Below, piece after piece: positions 32,297 through 42,156 of a DNA stretch of 64,000 bases. The translations under genes and the position numbers were made by a program. The notes under the pieces are model-generated. The model saw nothing but the letters and a program-made list of their open reading frames with translations. It was not told the DNA's origin and ran no database searches. Source of the DNA: an uncultured Gemmatimonadales bacterium (GTDB lineage: Bacteria; Gemmatimonadota; Gemmatimonadetes; Gemmatimonadales; GWC2-71-9); NCBI GenBank assembly GCA_963821525.1, contig CAWGED010000019.1:416001-480000 (forward strand), read 5' to 3'. Each line of letters starts with the position of its first letter. Positions within the stretch are counted from its first letter, which is position 1.

Positions 32297-32734
32297 ATGC
32301 AGCCTTATGAGGGGATAAAGGCGTGGCAGGCATCCCACGCACTTGCCTTGGCGGTATTTCGAGCAACCCATTCCTGGCCGAGGAGCGAGCTCTACGGGAT
32401 AACCGCACAGCTCAAACGAGCGGCGATTTCCGCCCCGACCAACATCGTCGAAGGTCGTGCCCGCCTGGGAAGCCGGGAGTTTCGTCGCTTCGTTGGGATC
32501 AGCTTGGGGAGCTTGGCGAGGCTAGGATACACTGCTTCGATTCGCCTACGAACTGAAGATACTCGAGGAGAAAGACTGGAAACGTCTGGAGAGCTCAACG
32601 GGAGAGCTGCGAGCAAGCTGACATGGCTGCTGTTGAAATCTCTCAACCGAACCGCCGCCACGCCGTCCGTCGTCCGCCTTCCCGCCTTGACCGCCCTGTC
32701 CGCCTCCCCACATCTCTCCCTCACCTCCAGCTGA
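32297..32734 (+). CDS. Four helix bundle protein (23S rRNA IVP / Avd-like family); probable compensating frameshifts in 3' half, true stop uncertain
   Basis: IKAWQASHALALAVFRATHSWPRSELYGITAQLKRAAISAPTNIVEG..R...EFRRFVGISLGSL family signature. Confidence 0.88.
   Translation: MQPYEGIKAWQASHALALAVFRATHSWPRSELYGITAQLKRAAISAPTNIVEGRARLGSREFRRFVGISLGSLARLGYTASIRLRTEDTRGERLETSGELNGRAASKLTWLLLKSLNRTAATPSVVRLPALTALSASPHLSLTSS
32672..32706. repeat. Right inverted 9-mer array flanking four-helix-bundle gene
   Basis: GTCCGCCTT CCCGCCTT GACCGCCCT GTCCGCCTC, reverse complement matches the left-array consensus. Confidence 0.7.
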
Positions 32735-33598
32735 ACCGTCACATGCCCTATTCCCAGATCACCCATCGCCTCTCGAATCCCGCTCAAGACATCGGGATGA
32801 TCGGCGAGCTCGGGCACCACCGCGTGTCCGCTCATGGCCACCATGCCGCTCGTGACCGTCCACACGTGGAGGTCGTGGACCGCGGAGACGCCGGGGACCG
32901 CCAGCATGCGGCGCTGGACTTCCGGCATCGAGACGTGGCCCGGAACCGCTTCGAGCAGGATGTCGGTGCTCTCGCGGACCAGCCGCCAGGCCCCGCCCAA
33001 AATCAGTACCGCAATGAGCACGGAGATGATCGGGTCAGCCAGCGTCCAGCCGGTCGTCAGCAGGATGATCGCGGCTATCAAGGCGCCCACCGAGCCCAGC
33101 AGGTCTCCCAGAATGTGGAGGTAGGCGCCTCGGGTATTGAGATGATGCTCTCTGTCGCGGTGCAGCAGGCTGAGACCGACGGCATTCACCAGGAGGCCAG
33201 CGGCCGCCACTGCCAGGAACAATCCTCCCTGAATCGGGGCCGGGTTCCTCACCCGGTGAATTGCTTCCAGCAACGATCAGTCCCGCGATCACGAAGAGGA
33301 GCGCCCCATTGACCAGCGCCGCCAGGATTTCGAGCCGCAGGTAGCCGTAGGTCTTGGTGTCGTTCGGGGGACGCCGCGCCATGCGGGCGGTGAAGAGGGT
33401 AAGGCCCAGCGCCCCGACGTCAGTCAGCATGTGTCCGGCATCGGCCAGCAGGGCCAGGGAACCGCTCAGCCATCCGCCAACCGCCTCGACCACCATGAAG
33501 CCGCCGGTGAGCAACAGGACGGTCCATAGCCGGTCGATCGGGGGCCGGATTGCGAGGTTTTCGGCCTGCAGGTGGGAGCAGTCGGTGCGTGGGGCCAT
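32700..33598 (-). CDS. czcD: Cation diffusion facilitator (Zn/Co/Cd efflux); frameshift near 33270, 3' end uncertain
   Basis: SLALLADAGHMLTD, TYGYLRLEILAALVNG, HILGDLLGS, VHDLHVW, HVTVQLE. Confidence 0.88.
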
Positions 33599-33639
33599 GG
33601 GATGAAAGTTAGTCGGAATCGGCAAGCTTCGTTGTCGGA

Positions 33640-33762
33640 GGTTAGACGGATAGACGGTTAGACGGTTCGACGGTTCGAACGCGAGAATCTGAATCCCTCT
33701 GAGGTTGTCCAAGCGTCCCGACGCACCGTCCACGAACCGACGAACCGTCTAACCGTCTAACC
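33640..33762. repeat. Inverted octamer-array cassette (GGTTMGAC)
   Basis: Five GGTTAGAC/GGTTCGAC-type units at 33640-33679; four inverted units (GTCTAACC type) at 33731-33762 containing the hisD stop. Confidence 0.9.
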
Positions 33763-35048
33763 CTGCCCCTGCCCTTCCACCCTGATCCTCACCGCCTCAG
33801 CATGCCCGAACAATCCCTCCGCCCGCGCCAGCGCCATGATCCGGGCCGCATCGTCGTGGAGGCGGTTCCTGGTATAGTAGATCATGCTGGTCCGCTTCAC
33901 GAAGTCGTACACGCCAAGCGGGGACGCATACCGTGCGGTCCCTCCCGTGGGCAGAACGTGACTCGGCCCGGCGAGATAATCCCCGACTGGTTCAGGCGTA
34001 TCCTCTCCCATGAAAATCGCCCCGGCGTGCCGCACACCCTGCGCGATTCCCTCCGCGTCGCGGGCGATGATCTGCACGTGCTCGGCCGCGCGCAGATTCG
34101 CCACCTCGATCGCGTCACGCATCGAAGGGACCCAGATCACCAATCCATGCCGGCGCAAGGACTCGCCCGCAATCTGGGCTCGGCGGGTTTCGAGCCAGAC
34201 AGGCTTCGAGCGCGGCCGGCAGATTTGTCCGCCAGCTGGTGATCGGTGGTCACACACCAGGCCGTCGCCTCCTCATCATGCTCCGCCTGCGCCACCATAT
34301 CTGCCGCGACCTGAGCGACATTGGCAGTGGAGTCCGCGATGATGAGCACTTCGGTGGGCCCCGCCATCATGTCCACGCCGACCAGTCCGGTGATTTGACG
34401 CTTGGCCTCGGTCACCCACTTGTTTCCCGGTCCAACGACCTTGTCTACTCGCGGAATCGTGCGAGTTCCGAACGCGAGCGCCGCGATCGCCTGAGCGCCC
34501 CCGATGCGGAAGAGCCGTGTCACTCCGGCCAGAGAGCAGGCCGCCAGCACGGCATCGGTGATGCCTCCAGGAGGCGTCACGGCGATGATCTCTTCGACTC
34601 CAGCGACCGATGCTGGCACCACGTTCATGATGACGGTGGAGGGATACGCCGCCTTCCCCCCGGGCACGTAGACCCCAACCCGATCCAGCGGATTGACCCG
34701 CATGCCGAGCAGGCTGCCATCTTCCTGCAGCAGGGTAAAGCCGATGTCGCGCTGCTTCTTGTGAAAGGCTCCTACCCGCTCGACCGCCGTTTCCAGCGCC
34801 TCCCGTAACTCGAGATCGATCCGGTCCAGCGCGTTGTCCCATTCCTCGCGGGGAATTTCCCAGCTGGACGGCTCGAGATCGGTTCCGTCGAGTTTCGAGA
34901 TCCATTGCCGGACACCGGCATCTCCCCGCTCGGCGACGTCGGCCAGGATCCGCCGCACCTGCTCCCGGGTCTCCCCGTCAACCTCTGATGGTTTCGGGAG
35001 ATACGGCGTGAGGCTGTCGAGCGGCGGAACCGCGATTTGACGAATCAT
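33757..35048 (-). CDS. hisD: Histidinol dehydrogenase (frameshifts near 34200-34260)
   Basis: GVYVPGGKAAYPSTV, GGAQAIAALAFGT, GPGNKWV, AGPTEV, QAEHD, GDYLAGPSHVLPTGG. Confidence 0.93.
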
Positions 35049-35093
35049 CTGCCTCCCTCGCGAGTGGGAGAATTCGGCGCTAGTCTTCCCGCT

Positions 35094-36416
35094 ATGGAAA
35101 CGTCGTGGAGTACGACACTGACCGGCCTTGCCGCGGTCGTCATTCTGGTTGCCCTCAATGCGTTCTTCGTGGCCGCCGAGTTCGCGCTGGTAGGCTCGCG
35201 CAAGACCAAGCTTGAGGAAATGATCCAGGCTGGCGATCAACGGGCGGCATTGGCGCAACGCGTCAAAACATCGCTGAACCGCTACATCTCCGCTACCCAA
35301 TTGGGGATCACTCTCACCTCGCTCGGCTTGGGCTGGGTGGGCGAACCGGCGCTCGCTGGACTCATCAGTCGTGCCATGACCTGGCTTCCCGATCGAGCCC
35401 AGATTGTCGCTACCCACGCCGTAGCCGCGACCATCGCGTTCATCCTGATCTCGATGCTGCACATCGTGCTTGGTGAGCTGGTGCCCAAGGCGTTCGCACT
35501 GCTCTATCCCGAAAAGGTCGCTCGGTGGACCACGCCTCCGCTGATGGCCTTCAATTGGACCATGGCGGTTCCCATCAGGCTCCTGAATGGGATGTCGAAC
35601 CGGTTGCTCAAGCTGATGCACATTGTGCGGCCCCTGGAGCACGAGCGGCTCCATTCCCCCGACGAAATCCGGATCCTGGTCGAGCAGAGCCAGGAGGGAG
35701 GGTCGCTCGGCAAGGAAGACGCACGACTCCTCGAGGGCGTCTTCGAGTTCAGCGAGAAGACCGCCCAGGAAGTCATGACGCCCCGCACCCAGATGATCGG
35801 GCTGGAGCGGGAGCTGACGGTGGAGCAGGCGGCGGACGAGGTGGCCCAGGCCAAGCGGTCGCGCTATCCGGTCTATGCCGAGTCGCTGGACGACATCGTG
35901 GGCGTCGTCCACGCGAAGGATATTCTCACCGCCGTCCGTCAGGCCCCCGGCACGACGGTCGCGAGCATCATGCGGGCGCCGTTGTTCGTGCCGGGCACCC
36001 GGGAGGTCGAGGACGTCCTGGCCGACATGAAGCGCCTCAAGGTCCACCTCGCCATCGTGCTCGATGAGTACGGCGGGACGGCGGGTCTCGTCACGATGGA
36101 AGACCTGCTGGAGGAGATCGTCGGGGACATCTACGACGAATACGATCGCCAGGAGCGGAAACCTTCGCCCGCCGAGGGAGCCCCGTTGCTGTCCGGATCG
36201 TTGCCGCTCAGCGAGTTCAACGCCGAGTACGATCGAGAGCTCGACGACACCGAATACACCACCCTCGGCGGCTACCTCTTCGGCCAGCTGGGGCGGCTGC
36301 CCCGCGCGGGAGACCGGATGTCGGTGGGAGACGATGTCTTCGAGATCGTCGAGATGGAGGGTCGCCGGGTCAAGACCGTGAGGTATCTGCGCGGCGCTGG
36401 AGCGACCACGACGTGA
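35094..36416 (+). CDS. HlyC/CorC family (CNNM + CBS + CorC) transporter
   Basis: NAFFVAAEFALV, TQLGIT, GELVPK, VMTPR, SRYPV, DEYGGTAGLVTMEDLLEEIVG. Confidence 0.92.
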   Translation: METSWSTTLTGLAAVVILVALNAFFVAAEFALVGSRKTKLEEMIQAGDQRAALAQRVKTSLNRYISATQLGITLTSLGLGWVGEPALAGLISRAMTWLPDRAQIVATHAVAATIAFILISMLHIVLGELVPKAFALLYPEKVARWTTPPLMAFNWTMAVPIRLLNGMSNRLLKLMHIVRPLEHERLHSPDEIRILVEQSQEGGSLGKEDARLLEGVFEFSEKTAQEVMTPRTQMIGLERELTVEQAADEVAQAKRSRYPVYAESLDDIVGVVHAKDILTAVRQAPGTTVASIMRAPLFVPGTREVEDVLADMKRLKVHLAIVLDEYGGTAGLVTMEDLLEEIVGDIYDEYDRQERKPSPAEGAPLLSGSLPLSEFNAEYDRELDDTEYTTLGGYLFGQLGRLPRAGDRMSVGDDVFEIVEMEGRRVKTVRYLRGAGATTT

Positions 36417-37379
36417 CCCAGGCGCCGATTCCCCCCGGCGCCCTGGATCGAAGCGGTCCCGCCGCAGCCAGCCGTCGCCGTCTTCAGCGCGCGGCCCTCG
36501 AGATCTTCGGAGCGGCTGGCTACGAAGAGCTCGATTCCACCCGTCTTCGAATACGAGGATGTCTTTCTCCGTGCCGGCGGACCCGAGGTCGGCGAGCGGC
36601 TCATCCGGTTCATCGATCGCGACGGCCGCGTGCTGGCGTTGCGCTATGACTTCACCGCGAGCATCGCGCGCGTTGCCGCGACCACGTTCGCCCAGGCGTC
36701 GAATCCTCTGCGGCTCTGCTACGCGGGCGGGGTATTTCGCCAGGAGCCGGAACGCGGCAACCGTCCGAGGGAAACGCTTCAGGCTGGTGCCGAGTTGCTT
36801 GGTGAGAGCGGCCTCGATGCCGACATCGAGATCGTCCGGCTGACCCTGGAGTTGGCGCGAAGTGCGGGCCTCAAGGAATTCCAGCTCAATCTGGGTCACG
36901 CCGAGGTGCTCTCCGGCGGGCTCGCCGCCATTGCTCCGGATCAGCGCACTGCCATCCGGCACTGGATCGATCGGAAGGACCGCGGCAACCTCACCCGCGC
37001 ACTGGACCGCGCGACACCCGAGGCTCGCGCCCTCCTCAGTCTCCCCTTCGTGATCGGACGGCGGGCCGCGCTTGAGGCAGCCTTGCGTAGCGCGCCTCAG
37101 ACTGCGCGTCCTGGTCTCGAGTCACTTCTCGCCCTCGACGCGAGACTCTCCCACGAGGACCGCAGGCACGTCGTGTACGACTTGGGAGAGGTCCGCGGAC
37201 TCGACTACTACACCGGGATCCACTTCGAATTGTTCATCGCCGGCACCGGAAGGGCCGCGGGCGCCGGGGGCCGCTATGACGATCTGATGGGGCGGTTCGG
37301 CCGGGCGCGGCCGGCGGTCGGCGTCTCGCTCGATCTCGACACTATCGCCGAGGCCATCGCGGCCGCCGGGGCAACGTGA
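36413..37379 (+). CDS. hisZ: ATP phosphoribosyltransferase regulatory subunit (frameshift near 36535)
   Basis: LALRYDFTASIAR, QAGAELLG, RGLDYYTG, GGRYDDLM; directly upstream of short hisG. Confidence 0.88.
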
Positions 37380-38012
37380 GCAAGCTCCGAATCGCGCTAC
37401 CCAAGGGCCGGCTCTACGACGCTGCGGTCGATTGCTTCCGCCAGGCTGGCATCACGCTCGACCCGGATCCGGGCCGTCGCCTTCTCATTCCATCCAGCGT
37501 TCCCGGTATCGAATTCCTCGCGGTGCGACCGGGCGACGTCCCCGTGTATGTCGAGGCTGGCGCCGCGGATCTCGGGATAACCGGCACCGACGTCTTGCGG
37601 GAATCCGACGCGGATGTGCTGGAACCGCTGGATCTCAAGTTCGGCTTTTGCCGGCTCGTCGTGGCTACCCCGGCAGAGATGGAGTGGCCCAACCTGCCGG
37701 GCGGCGTCACCCCACGAGTTGCGACCAAGTATCCCCGGATCGCGTGGCGCCACTTCGGCGATCAAGGGCGGCCGGTTGAGATCATCACCGTCGGAGGGTC
37801 GGTGGAGGTCGCTCCCCTACTGGGATTGTCTCACTGGATCGTGGACCTGGTCGACACGGGAAATACGTTGCGTGCCAATGGTCTCACGGAGCGTGAGACG
37901 ATCCTCGAGTGCACTGCGGTCCTCGTCGCCAATCGGGCGAGCCAGAAGCTGAAGCTGGACGAGCACCTGAGACTCATGGACCGGATCGAGCGCGGCCGCT
38001 CAGAGTTCATGA
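37376..38012 (+). CDS. hisG: ATP phosphoribosyltransferase, short form (ORF as given runs to 38152; real end probably near 38010)
   Basis: IALPKGRL, DVPVYVEAGAADLGITGTDVL, VATKYP, GSVEVAP, IVDLVDTGNTLRANGL. Confidence 0.92.
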
Positions 38013-38936
38013 AGCGAGACGTTTCCGGGCCAGATGAATGGCAAGCTCCACCGCCGCCCGCATGCTGCCGGGATCGGCGCGGCCGGTGCCCGCGATGTCC
38101 AGGGCGGTTCCGTGATCGGGAGAAGTGCGGGGGAATGGGAGGCCCAGAGTGACGTTCACTCCGCGGCCGAACGCGGCGACCTTGATCGCCGTCATGCCAA
38201 CATCGTGGTAGGGTGCCAGCACCGCGTCGAACTCTCCGCGCATCGCCCGAACGAAGACGGTGTCGGCCGGCAGCGGGCCGTCGGCGCCCAGCGCGCGTGC
38301 GGCGGGCGCGAGCACCCGCTCGTCCTCATCTCCGAAGAGTCCTGACTCTCCCGCGTGGGGATTCAGGGCACAGACCGCGAGACGCGGCGTCGCGATGCCC
38401 CACCAGCCGCGAAGAGCGGCGGCCGCGATCTGGCCGGTCCGGACCACGCGCTCGGTGGTAACCAGCTCGGGCACCGACCGCAGCGGGACGTGAGTCGTCA
38501 CCAGCACGACGCGCAGCTCCTCCGCGGCGAGCATCATCGCGACCTCGACGTCTCCCGCGAGGTGCGCCAGCCACTCCGTGTGCCCCGGATAGGCAAAGCC
38601 CGCGAGGCGCAGCGCGTGCTTGTGGGCGGGGGCGGTGACGATCGCGTCCACTTCCTTCGCTATCGCGAGCCGGGCCGCGGTCTCTACTCCATGGCCAGCG
38701 ATTCGCCCCGCTCGGGCCGCCCGGCCCCGCTCCGCCGCGCCGGTGCCCTCGCCCGATCCCTGATCCCAGTTCCCCACCGGGATCTTCCGAGCCGCCGGAA
38801 GGCTCGCGATCTGATCCTCGGCGCCAATGAGCGTAACGTCCGCCTCGATCCCCTGGGCGAGAACCTTGGCGGTAATCTCGGGCCCGATGCCGCGCGGGTC
38901 TCCCAGCGTGATGGCGATCCGTGGACGGGAAGTCAT
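38007..38936 (-). CDS. pdxA: 4-hydroxythreonine-4-phosphate dehydrogenase
   Basis: ITLGDPRGIGPE, GHTEWLA, LNPHAGE, YHDVG, RTSPDHGTALDIAG. Confidence 0.93.
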   Translation of the reverse strand: MTSRPRIAITLGDPRGIGPEITAKVLAQGIEADVTLIGAEDQIASLPAARKIPVGNWDQGSGEGTGAAERGRAARAGRIAGHGVETAARLAIAKEVDAIVTAPAHKHALRLAGFAYPGHTEWLAHLAGDVEVAMMLAAEELRVVLVTTHVPLRSVPELVTTERVVRTGQIAAAALRGWWGIATPRLAVCALNPHAGESGLFGDEDERVLAPAARALGADGPLPADTVFVRAMRGEFDAVLAPYHDVGMTAIKVAAFGRGVNVTLGLPFPRTSPDHGTALDIAGTGRADPGSMRAAVELAIHLARKRLAS

Positions 38937-38949
38937 TGCAAGGAAGTAA

Positions 38950-39194
38950 AGCGGGAACAGGGAACAGGGAACAGGGAACAGGGGACGGTGAACGGGGGGA
39001 CGCCAACGAAGTAGAACCACCTCATCCGAGAGCTCGCCCCGAGCGCAGCGAGGGGAGCGAAGCGAGGAGGGATCTAGCTTCCTGACCACGGAGTCTGGGA
39101 TAGGATACCAGATCCCTCGCTTCCGCTCGGGATGAGGTGGTCCGACTCGCTCATCTCCGCTCCCGTTCCCTGTTCCCTCTTCCCTGTTCCCGCT
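38950..39194. repeat. Inverted heptamer-array cassette (GGGAACA) enclosing a second palindromic element
   Basis: AGC+GGGAACA x4 plus 2 degenerate units ... TGTTCCC-type x4-5+GCT; inner IRs 39016-39027/39130-39141 and 39067-39075/39110-39118. Confidence 0.9.
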
Positions 39195-39201
39195 GTTGTC
39201 T

Positions 39202-40657
39202 CTACAGTCGCATATCGACGTACGTCGATCGCCGGAGCTTGTCGATGTAGTGGCGCACCGCCAGCTCGTCGCCCAGCCGCTTTCGGATCGCGTCGCGCAC
39301 ATCCTCGTACCGGATGGTGCCGGCAGGGCGGCGCCTGGTCACCTGAAGAACCGCATACTTCTGCCGCAGACCCTGCTGCTTCTGCAGGGAGAAGACCGGG
39401 ACCACCACGCTCGAATCCGACTCGCCGATGCCGTCCTTGTATTCGTCCGGCAGCTGATTCACCGGCACGTCGTCCGCCGCCTTTTCTTCGGAGGGATCGT
39501 GGTAGAGTCGTTGGAGCGAGTCGAACGCCCCACCATTTTTCAGTTCTGCCCGGATCTGTTCGGCGAGTGCCTTGGCGCTGTCGGCATTCTCCTGGGTGAT
39601 CTCCGGCATGATCAGGATGTGACGGGCTTGCACTTCGGCCGGCTGAACCCGCTGGACCTGGATGATGTGAAACCCAAAGGGTGTCTCGACCGGATCGGAG
39701 ATGGTCCCGGGTTTGAGCGAGAATGCCACCTGCTCGAACTCCGGGACCATGGTCCCCCGCCGGAACCAGTTCAGCTCGCCCCCCTGCTCCTTCGAGGCCG
39801 GGTCCATGGAGAAACGCTTGGCCGCGGTGCCGAAGTCGGCGCCGTGCCGCAGTTCGCGAGCGATCGAGTCCGCGGTCGCGTGCGCTCGCTCGCGAGCCTC
39901 CGGTGAAGGCTTGGGTGCGACGACGATATTGCGGAAGGAGACCGTAGCCGGCCGCTCGCCCAGCTGGCCCTTCTGCGCATCGAAATAGTCTCGCATCTCG
40001 CGCTCGGTGGGCTGAACCGCCTTGATCTTGCCGTCGCTCTTCATCTTGTCGATCAGCCGGTTCTGGAGCGCGGCGCGACGCTGCTGGTCGGTCAGCCAGC
40101 GGCGATACTCCTCGGGAGTCTGGAAGCCGGCCTTCTTCAGCTCGTTGCGGTAATCGACCTCCGAGGTGAACTTCCCGCGGATGTTCTTGATCTGCTCCTC
40201 GACACCGTCGGACACTTCCTGATCGGTCACCTTGATCGCGGTATCCCGGGTCGCCTGCTGGACCAGCACCTCGACATCCACGATTCGGGAGAGTGCCGCG
40301 CGACACATGCTGAGAAGCTCCTGCGGATTGCTCGGCGCCGGAGCTCCCTGGGCCCGTTGGGAATAAATCTCTTCCTCCAGCTGAGACGACATCACCGGCG
40401 CATCGCCCACGACCGCGATTACCCGGTCAACCGCGTTAGTGGTGTCGCAGCGGGCGATCGGCTGATTGTCCCCGGCGTTCACGCTGTCCTGCGGGGTCAG
40501 GCCGTTCGGCGCCCGGACGCTGTCCCGAGGAGAAGGTGTCCTGACCGATCAAGCTGTCTGTCGTGCTCACGCTGTCCTGAGCGGACATCGGTCCGGCGCC
40601 CGCGGAGACCGCGAGCGCGAACAGACAGAGACCCTTCAACCACCGGCGAGTACTCAA
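39202..40657 (-). CDS. surA: SurA-like parvulin peptidyl-prolyl isomerase/chaperone (frameshifted 5' region)
   Basis: VDRVIAVVG, FSMDPASKEQGGEL, MVPEFEQVAFSL, VETPFGFHII, ARHILI; adjacent to pdxA. Confidence 0.82.
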
Positions 40658-42105
40658 GGCGCTTTCCTGGCCGCGCTATCTGAAGGAACCGGAACCGCGG
40701 CTGGAGGAGTTGGAGGATTCTTCTTCGCGCCAGAGTCCGAAGCGGCTTTCGCCGCCTTGAGATCCCGGGTCTGCTCGAGCGCCTCCTGAAGGGCTGCGTC
40801 ATTGATCCTGAACGAAGCATGCTCCCGCAGGGAGGCGCTCAGAGCCGGTGGCAAAGGCCGCGGGCGAGAGGCTCCGCTCGCGATCTTGTTCCACACTGCG
40901 TCGAGCCTCAACTGCGCCATCTTCTGGCGCTCGGGCAACGGGATGGTGGAGTCGGTGATGTCGGGCCCGGCCAGATCGAGGCCCGCCTTCAGGCTATCAA
41001 TCTGGGCCTGATACTTCTGCATGACACCGCTCCATTCCTCGGCGCTGAGATGAATTCCGGCGGAATCGGCCTGCCGGAGCAGAAGCGTGTTCTGTCCGAT
41101 CACCTTGGCGAACTGGGTCAGCGCCGAGTCGTTCGCCTGTTGCAGCTGTGCCGCGAACTGCGGACCCAGAGCCGTCGCCCACCGCATGTAATCGGCAACC
41201 GTCAACTCGCCCCCTTGATAGCTGGCCACCCGCTCCGTCGACCGGAAGGACTTGTTGCGGTCGAGGAATGCGGCCCGCATCAGCTTCGGCGCCTCTCCGG
41301 ACACATCCAGCTTCCGCGCCGTGGACAGGCTGTCGAGGTACATCGAGTCGAGACGCACTCCCGCGCGCTCCTGCAGGTAGGCCAGGAGCTGGGGCCGGAC
41401 TTCGTCGAGAGGGGGACGCCGGATGATGTGATAACCGAACGGCGTCTCGATCAGCCCGGCGATAGCTCCGGGAGCCAGCGACCACCCCGCACTATCGAAG
41501 GCGGTCACGAACCGGCCTCGAGGGCTGGGCGGCAGATAGCCGTTGTGGTTCTTGCTGGAGTAGTCGTCGCTCAGCTGCGTAGCGAGAGTGCCGAAATTTG
41601 CTCCCCCGTGGATCTTGGCCAGGGTGGCAACCCCCTTCTTCCGCTGCGCCTCGCGCACCGGCGGCTCGGCATGCTGGTCAACCTTGAAGAGGATGTGCTG
41701 CAGTACCCGGATCTGATCCGCCTGGTAGACGCTGTCCGACTTGGTCGAGTCCATGGGGGCACGGTGCGCCATCAGCGTATCGTGCCACCGCTGCCCGATC
41801 ATCTCGGTGATCTCCGGCCACAGCACTTCCGACGCCCGCGCGGAATCCGCGAGGTTCTCCCCCGCCGCAACGGCGTGGGCGAAAAGAGTGTGGTCAACCC
41901 AGAGATTGGCGAGGAATTGTTCGGCCTCGAGGGTTACCGGGAAACCCTTGATCGTGCTCGCCATGTTGGCCAGCCGCTCGACCGTCAGCTCCTGACCCGC
42001 CGCCTCGGCCGCAACGGTCGGCCGGATGCTGAACGCGTCTTTCATGTTCGAGCAACTGGCCGCTCCGGCCAGGAGGACAACCAACCAGAATCCGATACGC
42101 TTCAC
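40654..42105 (-). CDS. Parvulin-type PPIase lipoprotein (PrsA/PpiD-like)
   Basis: Lipobox AASC; QHILF, LSDDYSS, ETPFGYHII. Confidence 0.8.
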   Translation of the reverse strand: MKRIGFWLVVLLAGAASCSNMKDAFSIRPTVAAEAAGQELTVERLANMASTIKGFPVTLEAEQFLANLWVDHTLFAHAVAAGENLADSARASEVLWPEITEMIGQRWHDTLMAHRAPMDSTKSDSVYQADQIRVLQHILFKVDQHAEPPVREAQRKKGVATLAKIHGGANFGTLATQLSDDYSSKNHNGYLPPSPRGRFVTAFDSAGWSLAPGAIAGLIETPFGYHIIRRPPLDEVRPQLLAYLQERAGVRLDSMYLDSLSTARKLDVSGEAPKLMRAAFLDRNKSFRSTERVASYQGGELTVADYMRWATALGPQFAAQLQQANDSALTQFAKVIGQNTLLLRQADSAGIHLSAEEWSGVMQKYQAQIDSLKAGLDLAGPDITDSTIPLPERQKMAQLRLDAVWNKIASGASRPRPLPPALSASLREHASFRINDAALQEALEQTRDLKAAKAASDSGAKKNPPTPPAAVPVPSDSAARKAP

Positions 42106-42156
42106 TCAACACTCCATTGGTGAGATTGGTCTACCAACCGCGTCGATTCGCTGTTC

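Noticed and set aside
32392..32700. czcD ORF extending antisense through the four-helix-bundle gene
   Set aside because: CDF homology ends at HVTVQLE; the extension is likely a lost stop from an indel or the insertion, not a dual-coding region.
32297..32734. Diversity-generating retroelement suggested by the Avd-like fold
   Set aside because: No reverse transcriptase and no template/variable repeat pair seen in the window.
34137..36962. 941-aa ORF suggesting a giant HisD fusion
   Set aside because: The upstream part is the antisense shadow of corC-like/hisZ; HisD starts near 35048.
38007..38152. 146-nt convergent overlap of hisG and pdxA
   Set aside because: The hisG extension is non-homologous; a 1-nt indel would stop it at TGA near 38010, consistent with the general error rate.
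38950..39194. Tandem arrays considered as CRISPR
   Set aside because: Units are 7-9 nt with no unique spacers and no cas genes in the window.
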